From Archangium sp. (GTDB taxonomy: Bacteria > Myxococcota > Myxococcia > Myxococcales > Myxococcaceae), in the NCBI GenBank assembly GCA_031367385.1, contig JANLPS010000468.1, positions 1-29,707 of the forward strand: a stretch of 29,707 nucleotides of DNA. Direction: 5' to 3'. Of the stretch, positions 27,398 through 29,707 are shown one piece after another. The notes under the pieces were generated by a model. The model was not told where the DNA came from, ran no database searches, and saw only the letters and a list, made by a program, of their open reading frames with translations. Each line of letters begins with the position of its first letter. Positions within the stretch are counted from its first letter, which is position 1. The position numbers were made by a program, and so were the translations under genes.

Positions 27398-28167
27398 GCT
27401 CGTACTTGCTGTGCGCGGGCGTGCTCGCGTGCTGCCTGAGTGCACTCTGGCTGCTCAGCGTTCGCCTCGAAGACTCGAGCATCGTCGACATTTTCTGGGG
27501 CCTTGGCTTCGTGATCGTCGCGTGGGTCACCTGTGCGACGTCGTCGGGGTTGATCGAGCGGCGGCTGCTGCTCTCCGGGCTCACCACGCTCTGGGGCCTT
27601 CGACTCTCGGCGTATCTGGCGAGGCGCAACCTCGGGCACGGTGAAGACGCGAGGTACACCGCGATGCGAAAGCGCCAAGGCCCGAGCTGGTGGTGGAAGA
27701 GCCTGTTCATCGTCTTCGCGTTGCAGGGCGTGCTGCTCTTCGTCGTCTCTTTGCCAGTTCAGGTCGCTCAGCACGCGCCGGGCCCGCCGATTGGCGCGTT
27801 CGATGTCATCGGTGCGCTGCTGGTCATCACCGGCGTGCTCTTCGAGAGCGTCGGCGATTGGCAGCTCGCGAGGTTCAAATCGCGGCCCGAAAACCAAGGG
27901 CAGATCATGACCCGAGGCCTCTGGCGCTACACGCGGCACCCGAATTATTTCGGAGACTTCGTGGTCTGGTGGGGCCTGTACGTCATCGCCTGCGCGACCA
28001 GCACCGCCTGGTGTACGATCGTCGGCCCCGCGGTCATGTCGATTCTGTTGATGCGCGTCTCTGGCGTCACGTTGCTCGAGAAGACGATGAGCAAGAGACC
28101 CGGGTACGCGGCGTATGCCGCACGCACGAGCGCGTTTTTCCCCCGGCCGCCGAGACGTGAGCCTTAG
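27394..28167 (+). CDS. DUF1295 / steroid 5-alpha-reductase-like membrane protein
   Basis: DSSIVDIFWGLGF, WGLRLSAYL, GEDARY, GDWQLARFK, GLWRYTRHPNYFGDFVVWWG and SGVTLLEK. Confidence 0.92.
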   Translation: MSSYLLCAGVLACCLSALWLLSVRLEDSSIVDIFWGLGFVIVAWVTCATSSGLIERRLLLSGLTTLWGLRLSAYLARRNLGHGEDARYTAMRKRQGPSWWWKSLFIVFALQGVLLFVVSLPVQVAQHAPGPPIGAFDVIGALLVITGVLFESVGDWQLARFKSRPENQGQIMTRGLWRYTRHPNYFGDFVVWWGLYVIACATSTAWCTIVGPAVMSILLMRVSGVTLLEKTMSKRPGYAAYAARTSAFFPRPPRREP

Positions 28168-28901
28168 ACCGCTTTGAGCTTGGGCGCTCGCTTCGGCGAG
28201 GCCGCCACCGTCGCCGGCTTGGCGGGCAGCTTGCGCTTCGCCTTCGTCTTCGTCTTCGGAGGCGGCCCATCGAACAGCTCCCGGCGCGTCTTCAAATCGC
28301 GCATCACCCGGGCGCCCACACGCTGCGTCAGCACTTTGTTCATCGTCGCGCCGACGCCGATGCCGACGAGGGGCACCATGCGCAGCAGGCCGGCCCACAG
28401 CCGAGCGAGCGCGAGGGCCGACATCGCCTTGAGCACCATTCTCGCGAGCTGCCGGGGCGCGTAGTTCCAAATCGCGACGCCTTCGGCCTTGAACAAATCT
28501 CCAACCACGTTGCCCTTCGAGCCCTGCGAGGTGCCGACGGAGGCCATCAAGAAGGCGAGTTGCCGCTCTCGGGGCTCGTCGATGTCGAAGCCGTAGAGGT
28601 GCGACAAGGTCAGACACAGCTCGACCTCTGTCTTGAGCAAGTACGCGAGCTCGGCGAAGACGCCGGCGACGCCCGCCACCAGGCTGCCGATGCCGGGTAT
28701 CAGCGAGGGCAGGCCGGCCGCGCCTCCTGCGATCGCGGCGCGATTCGAGAACGTGCGAATCAGCTCGGCGCCCACGGTGTCGATGTCTTTGGTGCCGACT
28801 CGGGCACGCGCTTCGACCACGGTTGCGCGAAGCGACGCATTCTTCGAAACCAGCCGCTCCACCGCAGTCAGCAACTGCTTGCCCTTCTCTTCGTCGGTCA
28901 T
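28164..28901 (-). CDS. EcsC-like protein
   Basis: AAIAGGAAGLPSLIPGIG, LSHLYGFDIDEPRER and RMVPLVGIGVGATMNKVLTQRVG, with a basic tail; ATG at 28901. Confidence 0.8.
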   Translation of the reverse strand: MTDEEKGKQLLTAVERLVSKNASLRATVVEARARVGTKDIDTVGAELIRTFSNRAAIAGGAAGLPSLIPGIGSLVAGVAGVFAELAYLLKTEVELCLTLSHLYGFDIDEPRERQLAFLMASVGTSQGSKGNVVGDLFKAEGVAIWNYAPRQLARMVLKAMSALALARLWAGLLRMVPLVGIGVGATMNKVLTQRVGARVMRDLKTRRELFDGPPPKTKTKAKRKLPAKPATVAASPKRAPKLKAV

Positions 28902-29265
28902 GGCCCCAGAGAGTACAGCAATGACTCGCGACGTCACATTGAGTTGCCGAATGGTCAGACAGTGGCCAGCGTCTGCGTTTTGTCGACCGGCGCGCCCAAA
29001 GGAACAACCGTCCGGACGCTCAGCACTGAAGCCTCTCGAAGAGGCCAAGAGCTCATATATCGCACGACGCCCTCTGCCGAACGGTTACGTCAGACGAGAG
29101 GAGCAGGGCGATCAGCAGCACCAAGGTCACAACCGCCCGCTGCCCCGCAACGAAGGTTCACGGCGATCGTCCAGTTGGTCGGGAGCCGTAGCGCTGGGCA
29201 AGGCCGGCGGGGCAAGAGCACCGCGGTCGCTCGCTGTCTGGCGTCTGCTCACGTAAGAGGCCCCT

Positions 29266-29598
29266 GTGAAATTCTGCCCGAACCCTCGGTGCGCCTACGC
29301 GCTTCGACATCACCGGCCACTCGAGTATCGCGACGACATCGCGGTGTGCGCCGATTGCGGTTTCTTGTTGAGCGAGACGCCCGTCGAGATCGCCTCTCCT
29401 CGTGCGGCCGTCGCCGTGCGACCGGCCCAGAGCGATCTCGCAACGCGCGTGCTGCTCACCGTCGTGGGCGCCGTCCTGATGTTGGCGGGCTTTCAGCTGT
29501 CGCTCTTTGGTCAGACCCAGTCGGTGATGGGCGAGGACTCGAGCTCGAACCAATTGCGACAATTCAACGTAAGCGTTCAGCGACTACCGTTTTCTTGA
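29266..29598 (+). CDS. Small zinc-ribbon + TM hypothetical protein
   Basis: FCPNPRC...EYRDDIAVCADCGFLL four-Cys cluster followed by one hydrophobic segment. Confidence 0.65.
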   Translation: MKFCPNPRCAYALRHHRPLEYRDDIAVCADCGFLLSETPVEIASPRAAVAVRPAQSDLATRVLLTVVGAVLMLAGFQLSLFGQTQSVMGEDSSSNQLRQFNVSVQRLPFS

Positions 29599-29653
29599 GT
29601 CGTTGAGAGTGAAGTAGGCGCCCGCGGCCGATCAAGGCCGAGAGGGTGCACAC

Positions 29654-29707
29654 ATGAGACTCAAGACAGAGGCGAGATTGAAGAAGGCGTTGCGCTCGAA
29701 GAAGGTC
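29654..29707 (+). CDS. 5' fragment of a possible gene (MRLKTEARLKKALRSKKV...)
   Basis: ATG preceded by GAGGGT, and the frame is open to the window end. Confidence 0.4.
   Translation, partial: MRLKTEARLKKALRSKKV

Noticed and set aside
27322..29606. ORFs 27322..29007 -, 28560..29606 + and 28633..29256 +, and a possible gene in the 28902-29265 gap
   Set aside because: Arg-rich shadow translations overlapping better genes; no convincing ORF or RNA structure in the gap beyond a 6-bp hairpin at 29031-29045

Overview
High-GC chromosomal window that, from gene content and order, looks like a myxobacterium (Myxococcota); this taxonomic call is an inference. Left block: a membrane diguanylate cyclase (periplasmic CxxCH, HAMP, GAF, GGEEF), pgeF, a CpoB/YbgF-like TPR lipoprotein, TsaP-like LysM protein, dprA, an intact three-gene ExbB/ExbD/ExbD (AglRQS-type) proton-motor set, trmFO and an AglU-like beta-propeller lipoprotein. 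Middle block: trpS-scpA-scpB-rluB, with RluB carrying a long 21/84-bp minisatellite-encoded tail. Right block: a large modular secreted protein preceded by three phased 22-bp palindromic repeats, a HEAT lipoprotein coupled to a TPR/dual-cNMP protein, a stand-alone MshEN protein, DUF1295 and EcsC-like genes. Small accessory genes (a Cys-rich lipoprotein, an LCCL protein) and two REP/MITE-like inverted repeats interrupt otherwise conserved gene orders. Many genes have a -10-like hexamer 6-8 nt before the start codon with no clear SD, suggesting leaderless transcription. I saw no CRISPR array, rRNA, tRNA, transposase or prophage. No single clearly new system is demonstrated. The best leads are the second Agl-type motor, the cyclic-nucleotide signalling genes, the operator-like array with its orphan secreted protein, and the leaderless/non-canonical starts. 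All family calls are by eye from motifs; no searches were run.
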